Positions 19,338 through 28,438 of a DNA stretch of 64,000 bases are shown piece by piece. Position numbers and translations under genes: made by a program. Positions within the stretch are counted from its first letter, which is position 1. Each line of letters opens with the position of its first letter. Origin of the DNA: an uncultured Alphaproteobacteria bacterium (lineage in GTDB: Bacteria; Pseudomonadota; Alphaproteobacteria; Rhizobiales; Xanthobacteraceae); assembly GCA_963788095.1 (NCBI GenBank), contig CAWBFP010000034.1, positions 25,540 to 89,539 of the forward strand, in the 5' to 3' direction. A model generated the notes under the pieces. That model was not told the DNA's origin, made no database searches, and worked only from the letters and a program-made list of their open reading frames with translations.

Positions 19338-20192
19338 ATGAGCGTTGCGGCCGAGCTGAAGCGTGATGAGCCGGCCCCGCGGGCGGCGGTCGACCGCATC
19401 CTTGCGGTCAACAATATCGAGGTCGTCTACGATCACGTCATCCTGGTGCTCAAGGGCGTATCGCTCGAGGTTCCGCGCGGCGGCATCGTGGCGCTGCTCG
19501 GCGCCAACGGCGCCGGCAAGACCACCACGCTCAAGGCGATCTCCAACCTTTTGCACTCGGAACGCGGCGAGGTCACCAAGGGCTCCATCGTGTTCGACGG
19601 CGAGGAGGTGCAGAAGTCCTCGCCCAACGAGCTGGTTCGGCGCGGCTGCATCCAGGTGATGGAAGGCCGCCAATGCTTCGGCCACCTCACGGTGGAAGAG
19701 AACCTGCTGACCGGTGCGTTCACGCGGCGCGATGGAAACGCCGCCATCAAGCGCGACCTGGAGGCGATCTACGGCTATTTCCCGCGCCTCAAGGAGCGCC
19801 GCAATTCGATGGCGGGCTACACTTCGGGCGGCGAGCAGCAGATGTGCGCGGTCGGCCGCGCGCTGATGTCGAAACCGAAGATGATCCTGCTCGACGAGCC
19901 CTCGATGGGGCTCGCGCCGCAGATCGTGGAGGAGATCTTCGAGATCGTGCAGGCGCTCAACGAAAAGGAAGGCGTCTCGTTCCTGCTGGCGGAGCAGAAC
20001 ACCAACATGGCGCTGAAATACGCGCAGTACGGCTACATCCTGGAGAACGGCCGGGTGGTGCTGGACGGCGAGGCCAAGACCCTGCGTGAGAACGAGGACG
20101 TCAAGGAATTCTACCTCGGTGTTGCCGAAGGCAAGCGCAAATCGTTCCGCGAGGTGAAGCACTACAAGCGCCGGAAGCGCTGGCTGGCTTAA
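19338..20192 (+). CDS. ABC transporter ATP-binding protein (LivF-like)
   Basis: Walker A GANGAGKTT, LSGGEQQM signature, Walker B ILLDEPSMGL. Confidence 0.85.
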   Translation: MSVAAELKRDEPAPRAAVDRILAVNNIEVVYDHVILVLKGVSLEVPRGGIVALLGANGAGKTTTLKAISNLLHSERGEVTKGSIVFDGEEVQKSSPNELVRRGCIQVMEGRQCFGHLTVEENLLTGAFTRRDGNAAIKRDLEAIYGYFPRLKERRNSMAGYTSGGEQQMCAVGRALMSKPKMILLDEPSMGLAPQIVEEIFEIVQALNEKEGVSFLLAEQNTNMALKYAQYGYILENGRVVLDGEAKTLRENEDVKEFYLGVAEGKRKSFREVKHYKRRKRWLA

Positions 20193-20204
20193 CGTGTGCG
20201 TGAA

Positions 20205-20400
20205 ACGATCGTAGGGGCGACCCTTGTGGTCGCCCGCCAGATACGTGGGGGCGACCCTTGCGGTCGCCCGCCAGATACGTAGGGGCGACCCTTGTGGTCG
20301 CCCGCCAGGCACGTAGGGGCGACCCTTGTGGTCGCCCGCGTGGTCCCGCGTAGGAGCGACCCTTGTGGTCGCCCATGTGATCCCGCGCAAGGAGACGTTC
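20205..20400 (+). repeat. REP array: 5 tandem ~34-37-bp units each containing palindrome GGGCGACC-cttgtg-GGTCGCCC (BIME-like)
   Basis: cgtaggggcgacccttgtggtcgcccgccagata repeated 5x with minor variants, directly upstream of RAYT gene. Confidence 0.85.
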
Positions 20401-20441
20401 GTCGTCGCCCGCGCGTTACGTCGTTCTCCGGTTCTTACGTC

Positions 20442-20999
20442 ATGATCGCCGACTCACGACCCAACCGCCGCACCATCCGTCTCAAGGACTATGACTACGC
20501 GCAACCCGGCGCGTATTTCGTGACGATCTGTACGCAGGATCGGGCATGTCTGTTTGGCGACGTCATGGATTATACAATGAAACTGAACGCTGCCGGATTG
20601 GTAACGACGCTATGGAACGAGGTTCCGGCTCGCTTTGCCAATGTTGATTTGGATATGTTTGTCGTCATGCCCAATCACATTCACGGGATTTTGCTGTACC
20701 CAGACGACGGGCCGGTCATGGCTGACTGCACGCGGGCGACCACAAGGGTCGCCCCTACGATCGGACAGGTGGTTGGTGCCTTCAAATCGTTGTCCACCGT
20801 CGAGTACGTTCGAAATGTAAATGCAAACGGCTGGCCGGCATTTCATTCACGCCTGTGGCAGCGAAACTATTATGAACACGTCATTCGTGATGAAGCTGAT
20901 TTAGACCGGATCCGCCGATATATCGATGAAAACCCAGCGCGTTGGGAATTTGATGATGAGAACCCACAGCGTGTCGATCGAGCGTCCTCGACTTTGTGA
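20442..20999 (+). mobile_element. REP-associated tyrosine transposase (RAYT, IS200/IS605 Y1 HUH family), 185 aa, containing an in-frame REP copy
   Basis: HUH motif (PNHIHGIL), catalytic Tyr region (RNYYEHVIRDE), GAFKSLST motif; lower GC than surroundings; flanked 5' by REP array; inverted REP at ~20727-20765 encodes ..DCTRATTRVAPT.. Confidence 0.75.
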
Positions 21000-21012
21000 A
21001 CGGTAAGCGAGA

Positions 21013-21378
21013 ATGCCGGAAAAATTTGATCTCGATCACAAATTCTCACTGTTCGCCGAGCACTGGCGGCCGAAGGTGGTCGCCGCGCTCAACGAGCAGG
21101 AGATCAAGCTCGTGAAGGTGCAGGGCACTTTTCCCTGGCATCATCACGACAACGAGGATGAATTCTTCCTGGTGTGGAAGGGCCGCTTCCGCGTCGAGTT
21201 CCGCGACCGCGTCGTCGAGCTCGGCCCCGGCGAGGGTCTGGTCGTTCCGCGCGGGGTCGTACATCGCACCGCCGCCGACCAGGAGGCCGAGATCATCCTG
21301 TTCGAGCCGGCCGCGACCCGTAACACCGGCAACGTCGTCGATGCGGCGTTCACGGCGCCGGACGGCGTCACGGTGTGA
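21013..21378 (+). CDS. cupin domain protein
   Basis: 121 aa; cupin motifs (HHHDNEDEFFLVWKG ... GPGEGLVVPRGVVHR). Confidence 0.7.
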   Translation: MPEKFDLDHKFSLFAEHWRPKVVAALNEQEIKLVKVQGTFPWHHHDNEDEFFLVWKGRFRVEFRDRVVELGPGEGLVVPRGVVHRTAADQEAEIILFEPAATRNTGNVVDAAFTAPDGVTV

Positions 21379-21382
21379 CGCG

Positions 21383-22615
21383 ATGACCGATCACTACGAC
21401 GCGCTCGAGACCCGCGATCGCCTGGCGCGCGAGAACGACCTGTTCGGGCGGCTGCCGGACGCCATCGCCCACGCGATGTCGGCGCCCGGCTGGGCCAATC
21501 ATCTGGCCGGCGTCGAGCCCCGAAAGATCACCTCGCGCCGGATGCTCGCGAGCCTGCCGGTGTTGCGCAAATCCGACCTGCTGCGGCTGCAACAGCAGCG
21601 ACCGCCGTTCGGCGGCTTCGCGGTGATCGCGCCCGGCAAGGCGAAGCGGCTGTTGATGTCGCCGGGCCCGATCTTCGAGCCGGAGGGGCACGGCGAGGAT
21701 CTGGCGGGGGCGGCGCGCGCTCTGTTCGCGGCCGGCACGCGTGCGGGCGACATCGTGCACAACTCGTTCTCCTATCATTTGACGCCCGGCGCCTATCTGC
21801 TGGAATCGGGCGCGCATGCGCTCGGTTGCGCCGTCATTCCGGGTGGGATCGGCAACACCGAACAGCAGGTCGACGCGATCGCCCATTACCGGCCGAGCGG
21901 CTATGTCGGCACGCCGGATTTCCTGAAGATCCTGCTCGATACCGCGGCCAAGAGCGGCAAGGACGCCGCGTCGATCAAGCGCGGCCTGGTCTCCGGCGCG
22001 GCGCTTCCCGCCTCGCTGCGCGACGAGCTCGGCGGGCGCGGCGTCGCGGTGCTGCAGTGCTACGCCACCGCCGAGCTCGGCGTCATCGCCTACGAGAGCG
22101 AGGCGCGCGAGGGCATGATCGTCAACGAGAACCTGATCGTGGAGATCGTGCGGCCGGGCACCGGCGATCCGGTGCCGGACGGTGAGGTCGGCGAGATCGT
22201 CGCCACCTCGTTCAACCCCGACTACCCGATGATCCGGCTGGCGACCGGCGACCTTTCGGCGGTGCTGGCCGGGCAGTCGCCGTGCGGGCGCACCAACATG
22301 CGCATCAATGGCTGGATGGGTCGCGCCGACCAGACCACCAAGGTCAAGGGCATGTTCGTCCATCCCGGACAGGTGGCTGAGGTGGCGCGGCGCCATCCGG
22401 AGCTCGGGCGCGTGCGCCTTGCGGTCGGCCGCGAGGGCGAGCAGGACGTGATGGTGCTGCATGCCGAATGCGCAACGCCGAGCGATGCGTTCGAGCAGAC
22501 GATCGCCGAGACGCTGCAGGCGGTGACCAAGGTCCGTGGCCGCGTGCAGCTGGTGGCGCCCGGCTCGCTGCCCAATGACGGCAAGGTGATCGCCGACGAG
22601 CGAAGCTATGCGTGA
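21383..22615 (+). CDS. phenylacetate-CoA ligase family protein (PaaK/F390 synthetase-like adenylate-forming enzyme)
   Basis: ~410 aa; PaaK-like N-terminus and AMP-binding core (SGYVGTPDFL, ATAELG, GDL..); start at internal Met of ORF 21158..22615, 4 nt after cupin stop. Confidence 0.8.
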   Translation: MTDHYDALETRDRLARENDLFGRLPDAIAHAMSAPGWANHLAGVEPRKITSRRMLASLPVLRKSDLLRLQQQRPPFGGFAVIAPGKAKRLLMSPGPIFEPEGHGEDLAGAARALFAAGTRAGDIVHNSFSYHLTPGAYLLESGAHALGCAVIPGGIGNTEQQVDAIAHYRPSGYVGTPDFLKILLDTAAKSGKDAASIKRGLVSGAALPASLRDELGGRGVAVLQCYATAELGVIAYESEAREGMIVNENLIVEIVRPGTGDPVPDGEVGEIVATSFNPDYPMIRLATGDLSAVLAGQSPCGRTNMRINGWMGRADQTTKVKGMFVHPGQVAEVARRHPELGRVRLAVGREGEQDVMVLHAECATPSDAFEQTIAETLQAVTKVRGRVQLVAPGSLPNDGKVIADERSYA

Positions 22616-22703
22616 ACGGGGGCGCGCTCGCCGAGCGCAACGGCTGTGACCACGAAATTGCGGGAGCGATACGCGTGCTCGATCCTGGATTGAACCGCTC
22701 GCC

Positions 22704-23318
22704 TCACCCCAGCGCGCCGATGTAGCGCCTGAAGCTCTCGTCATCGCGCAGCGCGGCCATCGAGGCCGCGTGCGTCAGCTCGCCACCTTCGACGAAAATG
22801 AAGCGCTCGCAGATCTCCTGCAAGATTTCGAGATGGTAGCGCGCCGTCGGATGCACGCACACGAACACCAGCCGGCCGTCGGCGCGCAGCCGGCGGAAGT
22901 GGTCGAGCATGAAGCCGATATAGCCGTCCTGGACGTTGAACTGCGGCTCGTCGAACAGGTGAATGAGCGGCGAGTGCGACCGCGCGCGTTCCAGCAGGAA
23001 GCTCGGCATGAGTTGCTTGAAACGACGCACCTGGTAGGACTGATGGTAGTGGATCGCCAGCCGTGAGCGTTCGCGGTAGCGGACGCGGTGGATGTCCTGC
23101 CCGGCCGTCATGACGCGCCCGCCACTCGGCTGATTGCTGCCGGTGATCAGCTCGAACAGCGTCGTCTTGCCCGAGCCGTTCGGCCCCATGACGCCGACAA
23201 TGGCAGCCTCCGGCACGACGAAATCGGCCCGCAGGCGAAACGTCGGCGTGCGATCGAGCAGGCCGCGCGTGTAGGTCTTGCGCAGGTCCTCGACCGCGAG
23301 CAGAGGTCTCGCGCTCAT
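22704..23318 (-). CDS. short ABC-type ATPase with degenerate signature motif (204 aa)
   Basis: Walker A GPNGSGKTT, Walker B IHLFDEP, H-loop VCVHP, but no LSGGQ signature; last gene of minus-strand Liv-type operon. Confidence 0.6.
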   Translation of the reverse strand: MSARPLLAVEDLRKTYTRGLLDRTPTFRLRADFVVPEAAIVGVMGPNGSGKTTLFELITGSNQPSGGRVMTAGQDIHRVRYRERSRLAIHYHQSYQVRRFKQLMPSFLLERARSHSPLIHLFDEPQFNVQDGYIGFMLDHFRRLRADGRLVFVCVHPTARYHLEILQEICERFIFVEGGELTHAASMAALRDDESFRRYIGALG

Positions 23319-23321
23319 CGC

Positions 23322-24020
23322 CTAGATCCCGAGCAGCCGATGCCGGCGCGCGGCGTCACGCTGGAGCTCGGCGGCAAGGCCGTCGTAGACGACAACACCC
23401 TGGTCGAGCACGTAGACCCGCTCCGCGACCGACAGCGCGAGGTCGCAGTTCTGCTCGACCAGCAGCACCGAGACGCCCTCGCGCCTGAGCCGGCGCATCG
23501 TCGTACACACATCGTCGACGATTTTCGGTGCCAATCCTTGGCTTGGCTCATCGAACAGCACGAGCCCGGGAGAACCGAGCAGCGCGCGGGCGATCGCCAC
23601 CATCTGCATTTCGCCGCCGGAGAGGTTTTCGCACTCGCGCCCGCGCAGATAGTCGAGCGCCGGGAAGATTTCGCAGACCTCCTTCTGGCTCCATGAGCGG
23701 TAGGGCGTGCGCTTCACTGCGATCGACAGGTTGCGTTCCACCGTCAGGGTCGGGAACACGCGGCGGTCGTCGGGCACCCAGGAAATCCCTGCGCGCGCGA
23801 TCTCATGCGTCGGCCATTGGGTAATGTTGAAGTTCGCAAAGCGAATGCGTCCGCGCCTGGCGGGGGTGAGGCCGAGGATGGAACGCAGCGTCGTGGTCTT
23901 CCCGGCGCCGTTGGGTCCCAGCAGTGCGACGATCTCGCCCGCCTCGACCCGCAACGACACGCCGAACAGCGCCTGCGTTTCGCCGTAGAAGGTATCGATG
24001 CTGGCGACTTCGAGAGTCAT
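23322..24020 (-). CDS. ABC transporter ATP-binding protein (LivF-like)
   Basis: GPNGAGKTT, LSGGEMQM, LVLFDEPSQGL. Confidence 0.85.
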   Translation of the reverse strand: MTLEVASIDTFYGETQALFGVSLRVEAGEIVALLGPNGAGKTTTLRSILGLTPARRGRIRFANFNITQWPTHEIARAGISWVPDDRRVFPTLTVERNLSIAVKRTPYRSWSQKEVCEIFPALDYLRGRECENLSGGEMQMVAIARALLGSPGLVLFDEPSQGLAPKIVDDVCTTMRRLRREGVSVLLVEQNCDLALSVAERVYVLDQGVVVYDGLAAELQRDAARRHRLLGI

Positions 24021-24021
24021 A

Positions 24022-24765
24022 TCAAGCCAGCATTCCGAAATTCGAGGCTTTCACCCACCTGTCGGTGCGCAAGGTCTCCGGCGTGCCGCGCGCGATCACC
24101 TGGCCCCACTGGATCACCGCCACGGTATCGGCGAGCTCGAACAGGAACCGCATGTTGTGCTCGATGATCACCAGCGTGACCTCCTCCTTGAGCCTGCGCA
24201 CCAAGTCGGCAAGGCGCGCGGTCGCCTCGGTCCCGAGACCGGAGGTCGGCTCGTCGAGAAACAGGATGCGCGGCTCGGCGGCGAGCGCGACGCAGATTTC
24301 AAGCGCCCGGCGATCGCCATAGGAAAGATTCCTGGCGAGCTCGCGCTCCTTGCCGACGAGGCCGACGCGCGCCAGCACGGCGGCGGCTTTGTCGGCGACC
24401 CTTGAATCCTGCCGGGTGTCGCGCAGCATGTGAAAACCCTGCCGCCGGCGCTCCGGCACGGCGAGCGCGACGTTCTCCAATGCGCTGAAGTCGTCGAACA
24501 GATTCATCAGTTGGAACGAGCGCGAAATTCCCATGCGTGCGATCGCCCGCGGCGTGAGCCCGGTGATGTCCCGGCCGTCGAGCACGACACGGCCGCCGTC
24601 CGGACGATAGCGTCCGGTCAGAACGTGGAAGCACGTGGTCTTGCCGGCGCCGTTTGGCCCGATGATGCCGCTCAGCCGTCCCTCCTCGAAGGCGAGATCG
24701 ATCGTCTCCAGGACCACGCGGTCTCCGAAGCGCTTGTGCAGCCGATGTGCCTCGAGCAGAGCCAT
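24022..24765 (-). CDS. ABC transporter ATP-binding protein (LivG-like)
   Basis: GPNGAGKTT, LSYGDRRAL, ILFLDEPTSGL. Confidence 0.85.
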   Translation of the reverse strand: MALLEAHRLHKRFGDRVVLETIDLAFEEGRLSGIIGPNGAGKTTCFHVLTGRYRPDGGRVVLDGRDITGLTPRAIARMGISRSFQLMNLFDDFSALENVALAVPERRRQGFHMLRDTRQDSRVADKAAAVLARVGLVGKERELARNLSYGDRRALEICVALAAEPRILFLDEPTSGLGTEATARLADLVRRLKEEVTLVIIEHNMRFLFELADTVAVIQWGQVIARGTPETLRTDRWVKASNFGMLA

Positions 24766-24768
24766 CGC

Positions 24769-25809
24769 TCACGTCCCGACGGGGCCGCCGGTGCGAAAAC
24801 TGGCGGCGGGCGCTCGCGCCCGCACCGCCGTCGTCCGCCGCCGAAGGTCCGCCCATAGCCCTGCCGCACCCTCGGGCTTGAACATCACCATCAGCATGAA
24901 CATCAGCCCGAACCAGAGCAGCCACGTCTCGGTGTAGGCGCCCAGAAGGTCGCGCGCGATGAAGTAGATGACGGTTCCGATGACCGGCCCCCAGAAACTG
25001 ACGAGACCGCCGCCGATCAGCACCATCAGCACAATCACCCCCGACCATTGCAAGCTCATCACCTGCACGAAGGCGCCACCCTGGCCCATGGCGAAGATGC
25101 CGCCCGCGAAGCCGGCGACCGCGCAGGACAGCGCAAAGCTCAGCCACTTGTAGAGCCACACATTGTACCCGAGGAATGCCACGCGCTCCTCGTTCTGCTT
25201 GATCGCTTGCAGGACGCGGCCGAACGGCGAGTTCACCAGGCGCCACAGCAGCACCGCGATGCCGACAAAGCAGGCGAACGCGAACCAGTAGAGCGCCGGG
25301 TTGGTGCGCAGCGGAAAGCTCACGATGCCGAAATCCGCCGGCAATCGGCGGATGTTGAGCAACCCATCTTCTCCCCCCGTCACCGAGGTCCACTTGCTGG
25401 CGATGAAGAAGAACAACTGGCTGAATGCGATCGTCATCAGCGCGAAATAGATTCCGCGCCGATGTGAAATGAAGCAGGCAACCGCAGCGCCGAAGACGGC
25501 CGCGACCAGGGTCGCCGCCAGCAAGCCGATCCATAGGTTCGCCACCAGGTGAAATTGCGTCAATCCCATCGCATAGGCGCCGATGCCGAAGAAGGCGCCG
25601 TGTCCGAACGACGGGAGGCCGGTGTGGCCGAACAGGACGTTGAAGCCGAGCGCGAAGATGCAAAACACCAGCACCTCGACCCCCAGATAGGGATAGAGGC
25701 CGACCTGATTGATCCAGAACGGCACGCTGCCGAACACCGCAAAGGCGACCAGCATCGGCTCGGTGATCCAGCCGCGCAGCCTGGCGATCGCGCCGCGGGC
25801 CGTTCTCAT
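24769..25809 (-). CDS. HAAT-family ABC permease (LivM-like)
   Basis: 346 aa polytopic membrane protein. Confidence 0.8.
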   Translation of the reverse strand: MRTARGAIARLRGWITEPMLVAFAVFGSVPFWINQVGLYPYLGVEVLVFCIFALGFNVLFGHTGLPSFGHGAFFGIGAYAMGLTQFHLVANLWIGLLAATLVAAVFGAAVACFISHRRGIYFALMTIAFSQLFFFIASKWTSVTGGEDGLLNIRRLPADFGIVSFPLRTNPALYWFAFACFVGIAVLLWRLVNSPFGRVLQAIKQNEERVAFLGYNVWLYKWLSFALSCAVAGFAGGIFAMGQGGAFVQVMSLQWSGVIVLMVLIGGGLVSFWGPVIGTVIYFIARDLLGAYTETWLLWFGLMFMLMVMFKPEGAAGLWADLRRRTTAVRARAPAASFRTGGPVGT

Positions 25810-26735
25810 CGCTCGAGGATGCTCTTCTTGCCGAGCAGGCCGCGCGCCCGGAACGTGACCACGGCGATCAGCAGCAAGTACATGGAGATCAGCGACCAGT
25901 CGGTGGCATAGGCCCCGGTCAGTCCGACGACGATGCCGATCATGAGGCCGGCCAGCACCGCGCCCCAGAAGCTGCCGACGCCACCGAGAACGATGACGAT
26001 GAAGGCCGGCACGACGGCGTCCACGCCGACGTGCGGACGCACGCCCCAGATCGGGGCCATGGTCACGCCGGCGACGGCCGCAAGACCAGTGCCGAAGGCG
26101 AACACGATCAGGCGCAGGCGCGGTAGATTGACGCCGAGCGCTCGCACCATCTCACTGTCGTGCGCACCGGCCTTGATGAGGGCGCCGTAAGGCGTGCGCT
26201 CGAGGAACAGCCACACCAGCAAGATCACGCCGATCGCGAAGGCGGAGGCATAGAACCGATAGGTCGAGTAGATGAGATCGCCGATCAGGAGGCCGCCGGT
26301 GATGCCGGATGGCAGCGGAAACGGCTTCTCCGCCGATCCCCAAATCACCCGGATCAATTCCTCGATCACCAGCGCGGCCCCGAACGTCAGCAGCAGGCCG
26401 TAGAGCGGGTCCTTGCCGTAGGTGCGCCGCAGGCAAAGCTCGAGCGCCATGCCGGCAATTCCGACCACCAGCGGCGCCGCAATGATGGCGACGACGAACC
26501 GCCAGGCCAGCGGAAGTCCGTAGTAGGGCGCCAGGAACTCGAAAGGCAGCGCGCCGGGCGGCAGGATGAAGACGAGCGCCACATACGCGCCGAGCGCAAA
26601 CAGCGAGCCGTGCGCGAGGTTGAGCACCTCCATCACGCCGACGATCAGCATGAAACCGAGTGCGACCAGCGCGAACAGCAGGCCAAGCGAAATGCCGTTG
26701 AGAAGGTGCGGCAGGAGATTGTAGAAGAAATCCAT
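25806..26735 (-). CDS. HAAT-family ABC permease (LivH-like)
   Basis: 309 aa polytopic membrane protein; 4-bp overlap with downstream permease. Confidence 0.8.
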   Translation of the reverse strand: MDFFYNLLPHLLNGISLGLLFALVALGFMLIVGVMEVLNLAHGSLFALGAYVALVFILPPGALPFEFLAPYYGLPLAWRFVVAIIAAPLVVGIAGMALELCLRRTYGKDPLYGLLLTFGAALVIEELIRVIWGSAEKPFPLPSGITGGLLIGDLIYSTYRFYASAFAIGVILLVWLFLERTPYGALIKAGAHDSEMVRALGVNLPRLRLIVFAFGTGLAAVAGVTMAPIWGVRPHVGVDAVVPAFIVIVLGGVGSFWGAVLAGLMIGIVVGLTGAYATDWSLISMYLLLIAVVTFRARGLLGKKSILER

Positions 26736-26974
26736 GACGTGGCCGACGACGTTAGGCGCAAGCCGGCAAGCACTGCGGACGACAAATCAACGGATATCGC
26801 GACACTTTACCTCTCAACCTGGGCCGTTTCACACCCTCGACCTCGCTCCGGTGCGCGAGACAAGGTCGAAGGGCGGCCCACGCGTCGACCTCGCGGGGCT
26901 TGCGGCCCAGCTAAGGAATCCGGGCCTGCGGGCTGCCGGCCTCAGCCCCAGGGCCGCCCGCAGGCTCGTGAAGC

Positions 26975-28258
26975 CTACATCTCGTAGGTTGGCGTGTCCT
27001 GGTAGGCCTCGAGCTTGCAGACGGACTCGCCCGGATCCTTCACGTCTTCCGGTTTGAGCGCCGTGACGATCTTGAAGTAGTCGGTATTGTCGACCGGCTT
27101 GTCGTTGGCGGCGCACAGGTAGACGGTCTGTTGCACGTGGTGCGAGTTGGGATCGATCCACGCGTCATGGTGCTGCATGCGGTCGACCGCCAGCATGCGA
27201 TGCCCCTCCAGCGCCTTGATCACCGCGATGTTGTTGGTGGTTCCGGCGCGTTCGACGGCACGGATCAGTTCGCGCATGGCGACATAGCCATTGTAGGAGA
27301 CGTTGCCGGGCACATCGATCGCGGCACGCGGCCAGCGCTTCTGGTAGCGGGCGACAAAGTCGGTGACGCCGGGCAGGTCGAGCTTGTGGTACCAGGTGGT
27401 CGCGAAGGTGCCGAAGGCGGCATCGAGACCCAAGCCGTAGATATCCGGCCAGTCCTGCTGATTGGTGAGCCAGGCCGGTTTCTTGTCGAGCTTCATGCTC
27501 ACGACCTGCTGTTTGAGCGTCTTGGCGTCGTCGCCGCCGACCGCGACCGTGACCACATCCGGTTTCGCCTGCTGGATCTTTAAGAGAATCGGCGAGAAAT
27601 CGCGGGTGCCGACCGGGACCAGGATTTCGTCGAACACCTCGGCGCCGAATTGCGTGCCGACGTCGCGGAACGACTTGGAGGTGTTATGGCCCCACACATA
27701 GTCGTTGGTGAGCAAGAGCCAGCGCTTGCCGTAGCTGTTGATCGCCGCCTTGGCGCCGGCGATGGCGAAGTTTGTCCCGTTGCCGTCCCACACGAATTTG
27801 ACGCGATGGCAGTCCTTGCCGGCTTCCGTCGGCGAGGACGAGTTGGTGTTGAAGTACACGGTGCCGTATTTCTGCGCCACTTGCCCGATGGCGTTGGCGA
27901 CGCCCGACTGGATGGCGCCGACCAGGAACGCGACCTCGTTGCGGGTAATCATGCGTTCGGCGACGCGCGTCCCGGTCGCCGGCGTGGTCTCGGTGTCGGC
28001 GTGGATGTGCGCGAGCTTGCGCCCGAGGACACCGCCTTTTTCGTTGGCCTCCTCGATCGCCATGACGGTGCCGCGCATCTCGTCCTGGCCGGCATTGCCG
28101 AACTGACCCGTGGCGTCGTGCGTGAGGCCGATCAGGATCGGCTTGTCGGTCTTCTGCGCCCAAACGTGGTTGTGCTTCCAAGGACCGAAGAAGGCGACAC
28201 CGGCAGCGGTCGTCCCCTGCAGCAGTGTCCGGCGTGAAAGCCGCGCTTTGCTCGTCAT
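26975..28258 (-). CDS. ABC substrate-binding protein (Leu/Ile/Val-binding family) with twin-arginine signal
   Basis: N-terminus MTSKARLSRRTLLQGTTAAGVAF (Tat motif SRRTLL); type I PBP. Confidence 0.8.
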   Translation of the reverse strand: MTSKARLSRRTLLQGTTAAGVAFFGPWKHNHVWAQKTDKPILIGLTHDATGQFGNAGQDEMRGTVMAIEEANEKGGVLGRKLAHIHADTETTPATGTRVAERMITRNEVAFLVGAIQSGVANAIGQVAQKYGTVYFNTNSSSPTEAGKDCHRVKFVWDGNGTNFAIAGAKAAINSYGKRWLLLTNDYVWGHNTSKSFRDVGTQFGAEVFDEILVPVGTRDFSPILLKIQQAKPDVVTVAVGGDDAKTLKQQVVSMKLDKKPAWLTNQQDWPDIYGLGLDAAFGTFATTWYHKLDLPGVTDFVARYQKRWPRAAIDVPGNVSYNGYVAMRELIRAVERAGTTNNIAVIKALEGHRMLAVDRMQHHDAWIDPNSHHVQQTVYLCAANDKPVDNTDYFKIVTALKPEDVKDPGESVCKLEAYQDTPTYEM

Positions 28259-28438
28259 GGCATGTCCTCCCCTGGATGATTTGGAATTTTGTGATGCGGC
28301 GCGAGAAATCCACCGGCCGCGAGCTTTTTCGTCAGGTTATCATACGACTGCCACACCGTCGCGCAAGCTTGCGAGAATCGCGGGCGGAAATGCCGGGGCC
28401 CCCATCGTCGCCGGGCCTGCGCGCGTCGGTTGCGCGGC

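Noticed and set aside
20205-20400. Regularly spaced palindromic repeats resembling a small CRISPR array
   Set aside because: The intervening 'spacers' are only ~12 bp and nearly identical to each other, there are no cas genes, and the repeats sit next to a RAYT transposase and recur inside its ORF. This is a REP/BIME array, not CRISPR.
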